Part shown: piece after piece, positions 1 through 9,688 of the stretch | How the letters are laid out: every line of letters begins with the position of its first letter | Position numbering within the stretch: the stretch's first letter is position 1 | NCBI GenBank assembly: GCA_964586485.1 | Contig: CAZPII010000001.1 | Span: 68,334-109,699, forward strand | From: an uncultured Atribacterota bacterium | GTDB lineage: Bacteria > Atribacterota > Phoenicimicrobiia > Phoenicimicrobiales > Stramentimicrobiaceae | Direction of reading: 5' to 3' | Length of the DNA: 41,366 bases | Position numbers and translations under genes: made by a program | Notes under the pieces: generated by a model | What the model was told of the DNA's origin: nothing | The model's database searches: none | What the model saw: the letters and a program-made list of their open reading frames with translations, nothing else

Positions 1-1
1 G

Positions 2-1615
2 GTTAAGAAGGATATTTCTAAATTAGGTATGTTAAAAATAGATATACTTGGCCTCACAACACTAAGCATTATCCGGGATACCATTGAGCTAATAAAAGAA
101 ACAAAAAATATTGATCTTGGCGATATGCTAGATGTTGATCTTAATGATCAGAATATTTATAAGAAAATAAGATCTGGTAAAACTAAAGGAACTTTTCAGT
201 TTGAAAGTGACGGAATAATCTCTCTAATTAAACAAGTTAAGCCTAAGAGCTTTAATGAATTGGTTGCTATAAACGCTTTATTTAGGCCGGCAACATTAAA
301 TTCAGGTCAACATTTATCTTATATTCATAATAAAAATAATCCAACTGAAATTGAGGGTATATCAAATTATCATTCTGATATAAAGAATATTTTAAAAGAT
401 ACTCACTATATTCTTTGTTATCAAGAGCAAGTTATGAACATTTTGCATGTTATTGGTGGATTTTCATTACCAGATGCTAATAGTGCAAGGAAATTATTAG
501 TTAAGAAATTAGCAAAAGATGACGACCTTGAGGTTATGAGGAAGAAGTTTTTAAAAGGCGCTAAAAAGAAAGGCTTAAGTGCATTAGAGATAAATGATAT
601 CTGGATGGTTTTGAAAGAATTTTCAAAATATAGTTTTAATTTAAGTCATAGCACATCATATTGTTTTATTTTTTATATCACTATGTATTTGAAGACTTAT
701 TATTATGATGAATATATGTCTATTGTTTTATCATATAATAAGAATTTAAAATCAAAATCTTCTGATATTGATACTAAATTTTCTAAATATGTCAAGATTT
801 TAAGAAAAGAAAATTCATATAGGGTTTTATCTCCTGATATAAATTTAAGTGGAAAATTATGCAGACCTGAAGGTAATAAATGTATACGATCAGATTTTAG
901 CATAATAAAAGGTATTGGTTCAAAGGCTATTGAAGAATTAGTTTCAAAACAACCGTTTTATAATATGACAAATTTATTAGATGGTACTATTAGCGGAAGA
1001 GCATGTAATAAAAGAATTATTTGTATATTAGCTGAGGCTGGTGTTTTCGATTCATTATATCCTAATAGGCGTGGTTTAGTAGAGTTTTTGAAGAAATTTT
1101 ATCTTTTAAAACAAACCCAGAGGAAAAAATATATAGAAGATATGTATAAAAATTCATATGTTAATATGCGCCCATATAATAAAGAAGAATTACAAGAACT
1201 TGAATTAAAACATTTTGGCTTTTATCTTACTGAGCATCCGTTTGAAAAACATAAAAATAGAATTCAAAAGATAAATAAAAAATATGGTAGTAAAATTATT
1301 TTTCCATCATATAGTAAAAAATTTCCACTGAATGGCATTATAGCCGGTATTGTTTCTGAGATATCTAATACTAGAAAAACTAAAAACATGAAATCAATGA
1401 GGTTTGTTACTATTTCAGATGATGTCGCTTCAATAAAATTAGTTATGTTTGATAGGCATATTTCTGAATATATGAAATTTTTTAAAATTGGCAAAGTGGT
1501 TCTTTTTAGATTTGAATATAATGAATTTTATAATTCTTTTATGATTAGTGAATCTAGATCTACTTATTTGCCCGAAGTTCTCGGTGGTAAAAATAATGTA
1601 ATTAATTTTACTTAA
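2..1615 (+). CDS. dnaE: DNA polymerase III alpha subunit (DnaE family), C-terminal ~530 aa; 5' end lies outside the window
   Basis: The frame is open from nt 2 (VKKDISKLGMLKIDILGL), so the ATG at 29 is internal. Pol III alpha motifs seen: LKIDILGL, GTFQFES, LVAINALFRPA, YQEQVM, then a long C-terminal tail of OB-fold size. Confidence 0.85.
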   Translation, partial: VKKDISKLGMLKIDILGLTTLSIIRDTIELIKETKNIDLGDMLDVDLNDQNIYKKIRSGKTKGTFQFESDGIISLIKQVKPKSFNELVAINALFRPATLNSGQHLSYIHNKNNPTEIEGISNYHSDIKNILKDTHYILCYQEQVMNILHVIGGFSLPDANSARKLLVKKLAKDDDLEVMRKKFLKGAKKKGLSALEINDIWMVLKEFSKYSFNLSHSTSYCFIFYITMYLKTYYYDEYMSIVLSYNKNLKSKSSDIDTKFSKYVKILRKENSYRVLSPDINLSGKLCRPEGNKCIRSDFSIIKGIGSKAIEELVSKQPFYNMTNLLDGTISGRACNKRIICILAEAGVFDSLYPNRRGLVEFLKKFYLLKQTQRKKYIEDMYKNSYVNMRPYNKEELQELELKHFGFYLTEHPFEKHKNRIQKINKKYGSKIIFPSYSKKFPLNGIIAGIVSEISNTRKTKNMKSMRFVTISDDVASIKLVMFDRHISEYMKFFKIGKVVLFRFEYNEFYNSFMISESRSTYLPEVLGGKNNVINFT

Positions 1616-1669
1616 TATACTATATAATAATTCTTATGATGTTAATAAAATTATATAAAGGAGTATATA

Positions 1670-2143
1670 ATGGCAAAAATAAAAGAGTTTCTTAATAACA
1701 TTCTTGATTTACCATTTGAAAAAATTTATAAACGAATACAAGCAGATTTAAATGTAAAAGATTTACATACACAAGGTAAAATCGTTTTTGAATTATCAAA
1801 AGCCCCTGCCAATTTAGAATTGGCTACAAAATTATATATTATGGCTAAAAAAGAATATGAAGATTTAGAAAAAGAATATAAGATTTTGTATAATAAGAAA
1901 ATTAAAATTATTTCTGCTAAATTAGAAGAGCAAAAAAGGAATAAATTATTAACAAGGCAAATATCTGAATCTCTTTTAGAGACGACATTGATAAATAGTT
2001 ATCCTGTTTTTTTTAAAAAATGGGATATTAAATTAAGAAATTCAAAATATATTGTTAAACTTACAGAAGGATTATTAGAAGCTTGTAGGGCTAGGATATC
2101 AACCCTGCAATCAATTAATAAAAGGTTGCCAGACAGTTATTAG
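1670..2143 (+). CDS. hypothetical protein, K/E-rich helical
   Basis: 157-aa ORF with AAGGAG 7 nt upstream of the ATG. Same-strand packing in the replication module. No motif recognised. Confidence 0.55.
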   Translation: MAKIKEFLNNILDLPFEKIYKRIQADLNVKDLHTQGKIVFELSKAPANLELATKLYIMAKKEYEDLEKEYKILYNKKIKIISAKLEEQKRNKLLTRQISESLLETTLINSYPVFFKKWDIKLRNSKYIVKLTEGLLEACRARISTLQSINKRLPDSY

Positions 2144-2156
2144 AAAGGAGCAATTA

Positions 2157-3512
2157 ATGGCAAAATTTGGTTCACAGACAAGAAAAAGTATTAAGGAAAA
2201 TAAATCAACTGATGGTGATGGTGTACCATTTTTAAAAGAAATATGTCCTAGAAAAATTCATCCTTTAAAACAAGAAGGCGCTATATATAATATGGGCGCG
2301 CACTATGTTTCGATTGTTAAAAAGTCTGAAGTTAATAATCGAACAGTGAAAGAAATAGGAAAAATAAGTCATATTTGTTTAGAGGAAACAAATAAAGGCT
2401 GTCCACTTTGTGATTTATTGAGGTATTTAAATAGGTCTGGTGAGTATGATGGTGATGATGTTGTCTTAGAAGTTGGGGAAGGACGGCTTAAAACTGGTTT
2501 TACTGTTGATCAGCTTCTCGGCAAGACAAATGATTTTAGATCAAGTATTAAAGCCGCAACTAACACAATGATTACTTATGTTGACCATGATGCTCCTGAG
2601 GATGGTCATAAAAGATTTATTGGTCCCAAATCAATTGTGGATAAGATAGATGATGAAATCATAACAATAACAGAAGAATATTATCCAGATGATCCTGATA
2701 AGGGTGATGTTTTATTTGGGTCTGGTAATTATGCATTAAAATTAACATATGATGCCAATGCTAAGAATAAAAGTGACATATATAAAGTTAAAGCCCTTAA
2801 AGATCGTAAGGCAACTTCAGCTATTAAAAAACAGATGAAAAAATCTATTGATGATCCTGCTGAATTTACAAAAAAACCTGATCGAAAAGCTATGTTAGAA
2901 TATATGTGGGAGCATTTTGATAAAGATTTATTAATAGCTGCTGGCATTGAAGAACTTTCGGATAATGAAAATGAGACAAAAAAATCAAAGAAGAAAAATA
3001 GAAGAAATAAATCAAAAATAAAACGTTCTAAGAGATCAGAAGATATTGATGAAATAGATGATATCGATGACGTCATGGATGAAGACGATGATGAAGAAGA
3101 TGATGAAAAAGATGAAAAAACAAATCGTAGAACTAGAAGGATAAAAGGTAAACTAAGAAAAAAATATTATGATGACGATGAAGAAGAAGATGAAGAAGAT
3201 GAAGAAGAAGATGATGAGGACGATGATGAGGATGATATAAAATCATCAAGGAAAAAATCATCGCGCAAGAAACAAACTAAAAGAAATAAGACTAGAAGAA
3301 GAACAAATGATGAAGAAGATGAGGACGATGAAGAAGATGAGGATGATGATATTAAATCATCAAAGAAATCATCTAAAAAGAAATCAGTAAGTAAAAGGCG
3401 TGACGGAGATATTGTCGAGTGTCCACATTGTTTTGTTGACCTAGATGAAGATGAAATAGAGCTCGACGAATGTCCAGCGTGTGGTGGTGATCTTATGGGG
3501 CTAGATGATTAA
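2157..3512 (+). CDS. putative T4 gp32-like ssDNA-binding protein with a long D/E-K/R low-complexity region and a C-terminal zinc ribbon
   Basis: AAGGAG RBS. It sits between the polymerase and the RecA-like gene. HIC-x7-CPLC resembles the His/Cys3 zinc site of gp32, and GNYALKLTY resembles a gp32 core strand. Residues ~270-410 are alternating K/R and D/E runs. It ends with CPHC-x13-CPAC. Assignment by eye only. Confidence 0.45.
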   Translation: MAKFGSQTRKSIKENKSTDGDGVPFLKEICPRKIHPLKQEGAIYNMGAHYVSIVKKSEVNNRTVKEIGKISHICLEETNKGCPLCDLLRYLNRSGEYDGDDVVLEVGEGRLKTGFTVDQLLGKTNDFRSSIKAATNTMITYVDHDAPEDGHKRFIGPKSIVDKIDDEIITITEEYYPDDPDKGDVLFGSGNYALKLTYDANAKNKSDIYKVKALKDRKATSAIKKQMKKSIDDPAEFTKKPDRKAMLEYMWEHFDKDLLIAAGIEELSDNENETKKSKKKNRRNKSKIKRSKRSEDIDEIDDIDDVMDEDDDEEDDEKDEKTNRRTRRIKGKLRKKYYDDDEEEDEEDEEEDDEDDDEDDIKSSRKKSSRKKQTKRNKTRRRTNDEEDEDDEEDEDDDIKSSKKSSKKKSVSKRRDGDIVECPHCFVDLDEDEIELDECPACGGDLMGLDD

Positions 3513-4687
3513 TGGTAAAGAAAAAGAACGTTAAAAAAGAACAAACTAATAATGAAAATAATATATATAATATCTTTTTTTCAGACAAAGCTGAGCACCA
3601 GCCGTTACCTGAATTAAAACTAGCTACTTCATTACCGGCATTAAACAGGGCTTTGACGATTGGCGGGTTTCCCGCCGGTTGTCTTGCCGAATTTCATGGA
3701 CCTAATGGCTATGGTAAATCAACATTATCAGCTTTAATTATGGCTGATGTAGGAAGGCAAAATCACCTTGGATTTTTTATTGACCCTGAGAGATCCATAG
3801 ATAAAAAATATTATCAAAGTATGGGTGTTGATTTTAAAAAGACACCCAGATATACTATATCTATTCTTGAGGATTTGATGAGATTTGTTTACGACAAGAT
3901 TGAAGAATTTCATGCTTTGAAAGAAGATGGTTATTCTGTGACTGAGAATGGTAAACAGGTAAAGAAAAAGCTTGATGAAAATAAAATCTTAGTTATTGTT
4001 ATTGATACTATTACTGTAACAGTAACAGCCGATGAAGAAGATGATTTTAAAAAAGGTTATCCTGCTAAAACCGGATTAATCACTAAATTTATTGAGCGTT
4101 TATTGAGTAAAATTAGTAATGATGTCCTTATAATAATGGTGAATCAAGAGCGCGATGTTTTAAACAAATTCACGCCTTATAGTGAAGACACAAGAAGCTG
4201 GGGTGGCCATTCTATAAGACATAATTGCTCTGTTAGAATTAGGGCGCAACGAAGGGCCAAGGATTATGATTCTTCTAAATCTTCATTATGCGGGTATAGA
4301 CTTGATTTAGTTGTTAAAAAATGTAAAAATGTCGGCGCATTAGATGAATGCTTCTCTGTTTTTGTTTCTAATGGAAAAGGTAAGTGCTTAATAGGTCATG
4401 ATGATGTTAAAGAATTGGTTTCAGAAGCTATTCATCAAGGTATTATTAAAAAATCAGGTAAAACAAATCATATTTTACCTGAAGAACTTGTTGATGATCA
4501 GGATAATGAAGTTTGTGTTGGTGTTTATCGTACTTATGATTGGTTTAGAAATAGACCAGATAAACTTGATATGTTGAGGGATATTTTGAATGATAATATT
4601 AAAAATATAAATCCTTATTCCAGATATTTGGAGAAAGACAATAGTGAAATTAAGGTTAAAAATTTTAAACGCAAAAAGTTAGATTAA
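3512..4687 (+). CDS. RecA/UvsX-family recombinase
   Basis: GGFPAGCLAEFHGPNGYGKSTLSALIMA...GFFIDPERSIDKKYYQSMGVDF aligns by eye with the RecA Walker A region ([22 protein letters not shown]...FIDAEHALDP..A..LGVD). Walker B-like LVIVIDTI. TAATG overlap with the upstream gene. Confidence 0.85.
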   Translation: MVKKKNVKKEQTNNENNIYNIFFSDKAEHQPLPELKLATSLPALNRALTIGGFPAGCLAEFHGPNGYGKSTLSALIMADVGRQNHLGFFIDPERSIDKKYYQSMGVDFKKTPRYTISILEDLMRFVYDKIEEFHALKEDGYSVTENGKQVKKKLDENKILVIVIDTITVTVTADEEDDFKKGYPAKTGLITKFIERLLSKISNDVLIIMVNQERDVLNKFTPYSEDTRSWGGHSIRHNCSVRIRAQRRAKDYDSSKSSLCGYRLDLVVKKCKNVGALDECFSVFVSNGKGKCLIGHDDVKELVSEAIHQGIIKKSGKTNHILPEELVDDQDNEVCVGVYRTYDWFRNRPDKLDMLRDILNDNIKNINPYSRYLEKDNSEIKVKNFKRKKLD

Positions 4688-4744
4688 TATTGTTATGCTT
4701 TTATTCTTGTTATAATAAAATATACAATATATAAGGAGCAAAAA

Positions 4745-5803
4745 ATGAATAAAATCGCTGTCATTGGCGATATACATTATGGTATCAATTTTGGCCCATA
4801 TTCGCGTGAGACTGAAATTGATAAAAGTTTAGAATATATAACTCAAAAAATAAAAGATGACGGGGCCGATTGCTGTATCTTTTTAGGCGACGTGTTTCAT
4901 TCAGATCGTCCATATCCTTATTTGTTGACTAAATTCAGGAATGTGATTAAAAAATTAAATCACATTCCTGTTTATATTTTGGTTGGCAATCATGATTGGT
5001 CTAAACAGAGTGAAAAACATGCATTGCTCGGTCTTGAATCAGGTGATAATCTTTTTATTATTGATAAAGAAATTATTGTTTCAAATAATGGTTATAAATT
5101 CATGCTTTTGCCATACAGATATGATCCTGATTTTTTGAAAAATAATTCTGATTCTAAAACTATTATTTTTTCTCATAGAGATATCGCCTATGTTAAAAAG
5201 GATCATTTTAAAGATGTTGATTTTTACTTAAATTTGAACGGTCATGAACATACGCCGCTTGATTCTGGTAAAACATATAATGTTGGTTCTATTTTAAGAT
5301 TTACTATGGCTGAAAAATCGGATAAGAAACGATTTATGTATCTTGAATTTAATAAAGATAAGAAATATAAATTATCAAGTATATCTAAGCCATGTAGAAA
5401 ATTATATAATGTAGATATAGATTTCGAGAAAAAACTAATTAAAGTTAATAATAAATTAGTTTTTAAAATTAAGAATTATAATATAATTCCGAGTAAAAAT
5501 AATAAAGCTTATAAGAATTTTTTAAACTCTAAAAATGCATATTTAGATTTAAATATTAAGTTTAAATCTAATAAAGATGTATCTGATAAACGACTTGATT
5601 CTGTTATTGAAGAAATAATTCAAAAGGGTCTTGTTAGAAAGAAAATAATTTTATTTGAAGATACTCATCGTGAGCCAAGGAATGTATTGGTTTCAAATAC
5701 TCCAAAAAGTATGATTGAAGAATATATTAATATCAACTATACAAATGAAAAAAAGAAACAGCAATTAATTGACTTAGCCTATGAGGTAGTTGATGATGAT
5801 TAA
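4745..5803 (+). CDS. Mre11/SbcD-family nuclease (calcineurin-like metallophosphoesterase)
   Basis: Phosphoesterase motifs in order: IAVIGDIHYG, FLGDVFH, VGNHD, NGHEH. It directly precedes and overlaps the Rad50-like gene. Confidence 0.8.
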   Translation: MNKIAVIGDIHYGINFGPYSRETEIDKSLEYITQKIKDDGADCCIFLGDVFHSDRPYPYLLTKFRNVIKKLNHIPVYILVGNHDWSKQSEKHALLGLESGDNLFIIDKEIIVSNNGYKFMLLPYRYDPDFLKNNSDSKTIIFSHRDIAYVKKDHFKDVDFYLNLNGHEHTPLDSGKTYNVGSILRFTMAEKSDKKRFMYLEFNKDKKYKLSSISKPCRKLYNVDIDFEKKLIKVNNKLVFKIKNYNIIPSKNNKAYKNFLNSKNAYLDLNIKFKSNKDVSDKRLDSVIEEIIQKGLVRKKIILFEDTHREPRNVLVSNTPKSMIEEYININYTNEKKKQQLIDLAYEVVDDD

Positions 5804-7919
5804 AAAAATAACTATAAATAATTTTATGCCTTTTTATGGACATAATGAAATCGAACTAGAAAAAGGCATAATTAATGTTATAGGGCAATGGTCCGAGAGC
5901 AAAAATAGATCAAATAGGGCCGGCAAATCGTCGTTTATTGAAGCCATTGTATATTGTTTGTATGGCGAATGTCGTGCCAAAAAAGAAATAGAAGCAATTA
6001 ATGATCTTGCAGAGGATTCAATGTATGTAAAACTTGAATTAGAAACTGATTTAGGTGAAATTGAGATTATTAGGGGTAGAAGTTTAAAAAATACTAAATT
6101 GTTAGAGATATCAGGTGTAGATATAACGCAATATAATTCACCACAAGATTGTATTAACGAAATAATAGGACTAGATTATAACAGTTTTGTTTTATCGAGT
6201 TATTTTGCTCAGGGCGATATTAATTCCTTTATGGAATTAAGCCTAGCAGATAAAAAGAGAAAATTAAGCAATTGGATTCAAGTTGCTAATTGGGCTAATT
6301 ACGAAAAGAAAGCAAAAGATAAATTGGTTGAATTGAATGTTTCAATTGATAGAATAATTGGCTCAATTGAGTCATTTGAAAAACAATTAGATGGTTTAAA
6401 AAATATTAAATCTAAAAAAGAAATAAGAAATCTTTTAAAACTAGAAGAGAATGAGATTGCTAATTATAGAAAAAGATTAGATAAATTAACTTATTCCTTG
6501 GGCCAACTAGATCAAGATTTGGAATCTAAAATTGATCGTTTAAATAATGATTTAGAGGATTTGAAAGATGAAATAGAGCATTTGTCTTCAGAATTTAAAA
6601 AGAGCTTTAATAAAGAAAAAGTATTAAAAAAGTTAACTATTGAGCGTAAAAAAATTATTAGTGAATTAAAAGATTTTAAAACTAAAAATACCAAAGAAGA
6701 ATTATCTAAAAAATTAGATATGTTGGAAAAATTTTATAATAAATATAATGCAGAAATTATTTCTCTTAATAAACAAATTCAAAAATATTCTAATATTGTT
6801 AAATCTGATTCAAAAATTTGTCCTATATTGAATGAAGAATGTGATAGAATTTCATCTAAAGCTTTAAAACCTATTATAATTGATCTTAAAAATAAGAAGG
6901 ACTTATTGTCTCAAAAATTTAATAATGTTGATAAAAATATTAATAATGTCTCTAGCAAGAAATTGGTTCTTGAAAATTTAAGAAAAGATATTGAACAGAT
7001 TAATTTTCAAATTAATAATTTGAAAGATCTTGATATTGACAGTGAGCATTTAAAGAATAAAATAAAGTTAAAATTTAAAAAATCAGATGAATTACGTAAT
7101 GAATTAGAAACCATTAAGAAAAAGAATGAAAAACTTGAGGACGAAATTGAATTTAAAGAGAAAATAATATCAGAAGCTAAAACAAGTATTTCAGCTTGTG
7201 AAAAAAATATAAGACATTATAACCAGATTTTAAATGAAATAGATGCTCAAATTGAAACAAAAAAAGGACTTAAGGTTTCACTTAAAACGAGTATTAAAAA
7301 GAAAGATGAATTATTAGATTTATCTATGCAATATAAATTTATTCAAGCTATGTTTTCAAAAGATGGTATACCAATGATGGAAATAAATAATAGTATGGAT
7401 GAGTTGGAAAATTATATTAATATGATTTTATCTAAACTAAATACAAATTTAAGTATACAAGTTACTACAGAAAAGAAATTAACAACTTATGAAGAATTTT
7501 GTAGTTGTGGTTATATGTTTATTAATTCTTCTCAACGTATATGTGATGAATGTCAATGTAGGAGGATGAAAAAAACAAGGTCTGATTTTGATATTATTTT
7601 ATATAGTGGTGGAAAAATTTTACCATTTGAACTTGATTCTGGTGGCGGCAAATCGTTAATTTCAATAGCTATTAGGTTAGCCGTTATCAAGATGCTTAAA
7701 AACAGAAGTAAAATTAATTTTAATATTTTGATTTTAGATGAAATATTTGGTATGCTAGATGAAGTTAATAGATCAAGCGTCGCTTCTTTATTAGTTGATA
7801 TTATTAGAGAAGATTTTGATCAAATATTTGGAATAACACATATTGATATACCGATAACTGGAGATCAAGATATATATATTATTAAAGAAGAAAATTACTC
7901 AAGATTAGAGGTAAGATGA
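5790..7919 (+). CDS. Rad50/SbcC-family ATPase
   Basis: N-terminal P-loop (NRAGKSSF). About 450 aa of heptad-rich coiled coil with a central CPILNEEC cysteine pair. ABC signature LDSGGGKSLISIAIRLA, Walker B ILILDE, H-loop GITH. Paired with the Mre11-like gene. Confidence 0.85.
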   Translation: MMMIKKITINNFMPFYGHNEIELEKGIINVIGQWSESKNRSNRAGKSSFIEAIVYCLYGECRAKKEIEAINDLAEDSMYVKLELETDLGEIEIIRGRSLKNTKLLEISGVDITQYNSPQDCINEIIGLDYNSFVLSSYFAQGDINSFMELSLADKKRKLSNWIQVANWANYEKKAKDKLVELNVSIDRIIGSIESFEKQLDGLKNIKSKKEIRNLLKLEENEIANYRKRLDKLTYSLGQLDQDLESKIDRLNNDLEDLKDEIEHLSSEFKKSFNKEKVLKKLTIERKKIISELKDFKTKNTKEELSKKLDMLEKFYNKYNAEIISLNKQIQKYSNIVKSDSKICPILNEECDRISSKALKPIIIDLKNKKDLLSQKFNNVDKNINNVSSKKLVLENLRKDIEQINFQINNLKDLDIDSEHLKNKIKLKFKKSDELRNELETIKKKNEKLEDEIEFKEKIISEAKTSISACEKNIRHYNQILNEIDAQIETKKGLKVSLKTSIKKKDELLDLSMQYKFIQAMFSKDGIPMMEINNSMDELENYINMILSKLNTNLSIQVTTEKKLTTYEEFCSCGYMFINSSQRICDECQCRRMKKTRSDFDIILYSGGKILPFELDSGGGKSLISIAIRLAVIKMLKNRSKINFNILILDEIFGMLDEVNRSSVASLLVDIIREDFDQIFGITHIDIPITGDQDIYIIKEENYSRLEVR

Positions 7920-8596
7920 TGGATAATAATCCCGGTAAATGGACACAAGAAGAAGACAACATACTCATTACTAGGTATAATATTGTTAAAAAGTCTCTAA
8001 TAATGAAATTATTACCAAAACGATCTTGGAAATCTATTAAACGCAGGGCTATTTATCTTAGAATAACTGGGCAATCAGTTTCAAATAAATATTATAAAGT
8101 TGATAAAAACACTGTTAAACTTAAGATAAGAACTCGTGGAACCGGAACTCATTCATTTATTTTTGATAAAAGTGATTATAAAAGGGTTAAGAATTTTACT
8201 TGGTATGTTAATACTGCACATGAGGGCAGGCCACACGCTGTTGCTAAATCAGCAGAGACTAATTTTAAAACACTAAGATTAAGTCGTTTTATTATGGAGA
8301 TCCCCGAAGGGTCTGGATCTATAATTAGTTTTAAAGATGGTAATACTCTTAATTGTAAGAAAAATAATTTATTAATAGGTGACAGGTCGCTTGTTAGATA
8401 TGTTAATGAAAAGCCGAATAAAAATAATTCTTTGGGTATTAAGGGTGTTTATTATGATAAAAAGAAAGATAAATATCGGGTAGAATTTAGAATAAATGGT
8501 AAACTAAGATATTTTGGCATTTTTAAAGAACTTAGAGAGGCGAAAAGTGTGGCAAAAAATGTAAGGGCTAAAATTATAAGCGGGGATATTAGATGA
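7916..8596 (+). CDS. Myb/SANT-like + HNH_3-like + AP2 DNA-binding domain protein (homing-endonuclease-like)
   Basis: KWTQEEDNIL...SWKSIKRRAIYL (Myb/SANT pattern). FKDGNTLNCKKNNL (HNH_3-like, but Phe where the His is expected). GIKGVYYDKKKDKYRVEFRINGKLRYFGIFKELREA (AP2 pattern). ATGA overlap with the Rad50-like gene. Confidence 0.55.
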   Translation: MMDNNPGKWTQEEDNILITRYNIVKKSLIMKLLPKRSWKSIKRRAIYLRITGQSVSNKYYKVDKNTVKLKIRTRGTGTHSFIFDKSDYKRVKNFTWYVNTAHEGRPHAVAKSAETNFKTLRLSRFIMEIPEGSGSIISFKDGNTLNCKKNNLLIGDRSLVRYVNEKPNKNNSLGIKGVYYDKKKDKYRVEFRINGKLRYFGIFKELREAKSVAKNVRAKIISGDIR

Positions 8597-9237
8597 AGGA
8601 AATGAAACCAGAAGATATAACAGTTGGAATTGATTTGTCCTTGTGGCAAACAGCTTATGTTTTTGTTAAAGATCAAGAATTTAAAGATTTTCTTATATCA
8701 GTTAATTCAAATAAAGATTTAATATCTGACAATTGCTATCTTATTGATAAGAATTATTATAAAGATAAGCCTTTTTATTTAATTGAGGTAATAAAGAGAC
8801 ATGTAAATGTTTTAGATGATTTAATATCGAGTGGTTTTAGAAATTTTTCTATTGAAGGCCAGAGTTTTCTTAGTAATAATAAGAATTTATGGGTCGATAT
8901 ATATCCGATATTTAGGTATGTCTTAGCTACTAATAATTGTAATTATGTTTTTACTTCCCCTCTTTCAGTTAAGAAATTTCTTTTGGGCAAATGCGAAAAG
9001 GGCAAAGGAAATATTTCTTTAGCTTGTTATAAAAAGTATGATCTTGATTTTAGCATATTTGGAGAATATTCTAATAATATATATGATGCCCTTGGTGTCG
9101 CTATGTTAGGTGATCTTTTTTTTAAAAAAATGTATAATAGAAGATTACCAGATTTACTTAAATACGAAAATGAATGCTTAGAATCAATGTTTAAAAAGGG
9201 GAACAAGACAATTTTTTATGTTTCAAAGAGCAGCTAA
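8593..9237 (+). CDS. RuvC-like Holliday junction resolvase (RNase H fold), putative
   Basis: N-terminal VGIDLSL and C-terminal YDALGVAMLG resemble the first and last acidic motifs of RuvC-type resolvases. Located in the recombination module. Confidence 0.5.
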   Translation: MKEMKPEDITVGIDLSLWQTAYVFVKDQEFKDFLISVNSNKDLISDNCYLIDKNYYKDKPFYLIEVIKRHVNVLDDLISSGFRNFSIEGQSFLSNNKNLWVDIYPIFRYVLATNNCNYVFTSPLSVKKFLLGKCEKGKGNISLACYKKYDLDFSIFGEYSNNIYDALGVAMLGDLFFKKMYNRRLPDLLKYENECLESMFKKGNKTIFYVSKSS

Positions 9238-9688
9238 AAAGCATAAAACATTTTATGTTTTGTATTGCCATAAATGCACAGATAGTATTATATCCAGACT
9301 ATCAGACAATAGTATAAATTATTATTTTATTGAAGATTTTAAAAGTCCTATTAGATCTTATATTTTTATCCCAACTTCTCAAGTTTTTGATTTAAAACAA
9401 ATTAGTAAAATTGATGGTGTTTATTTTTTAACTAGAATAGGAGATGATATTCCGGCTACAATATCGGGTAATGATCTTTTATCTATAGTGAATAAAGACA
9501 AGAGAGCAAAAGATTTTATTGGTAAACTTGTTAAAATAAAAACCGGCAGATTAAAGGGTATGTCAGGAAAATGTACTTATTCTAATAAAAATAAGCTTCA
9601 TGTTTGTATGTATTTGTTTAATGGCAGGATGACTACTGTTAAAAATGTTCCTATTTCAAGTGTGGTAGAATTAAAAGAATGTTATTAG
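9218..9688 (+). CDS. NusG/Spt5-like protein (NGN-like N-terminus + KOW motif), putative
   Basis: GKLVKIKTGRLKGMSGKCTY fits the KOW pattern G-x-V-x-I-x2-G-x2-G-x2-G. N-terminal FYVLYC resembles the NGN first strand. Confidence 0.4.
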   Translation: MFQRAAKKHKTFYVLYCHKCTDSIISRLSDNSINYYFIEDFKSPIRSYIFIPTSQVFDLKQISKIDGVYFLTRIGDDIPATISGNDLLSIVNKDKRAKDFIGKLVKIKTGRLKGMSGKCTYSNKNKLHVCMYLFNGRMTTVKNVPISSVVELKECY

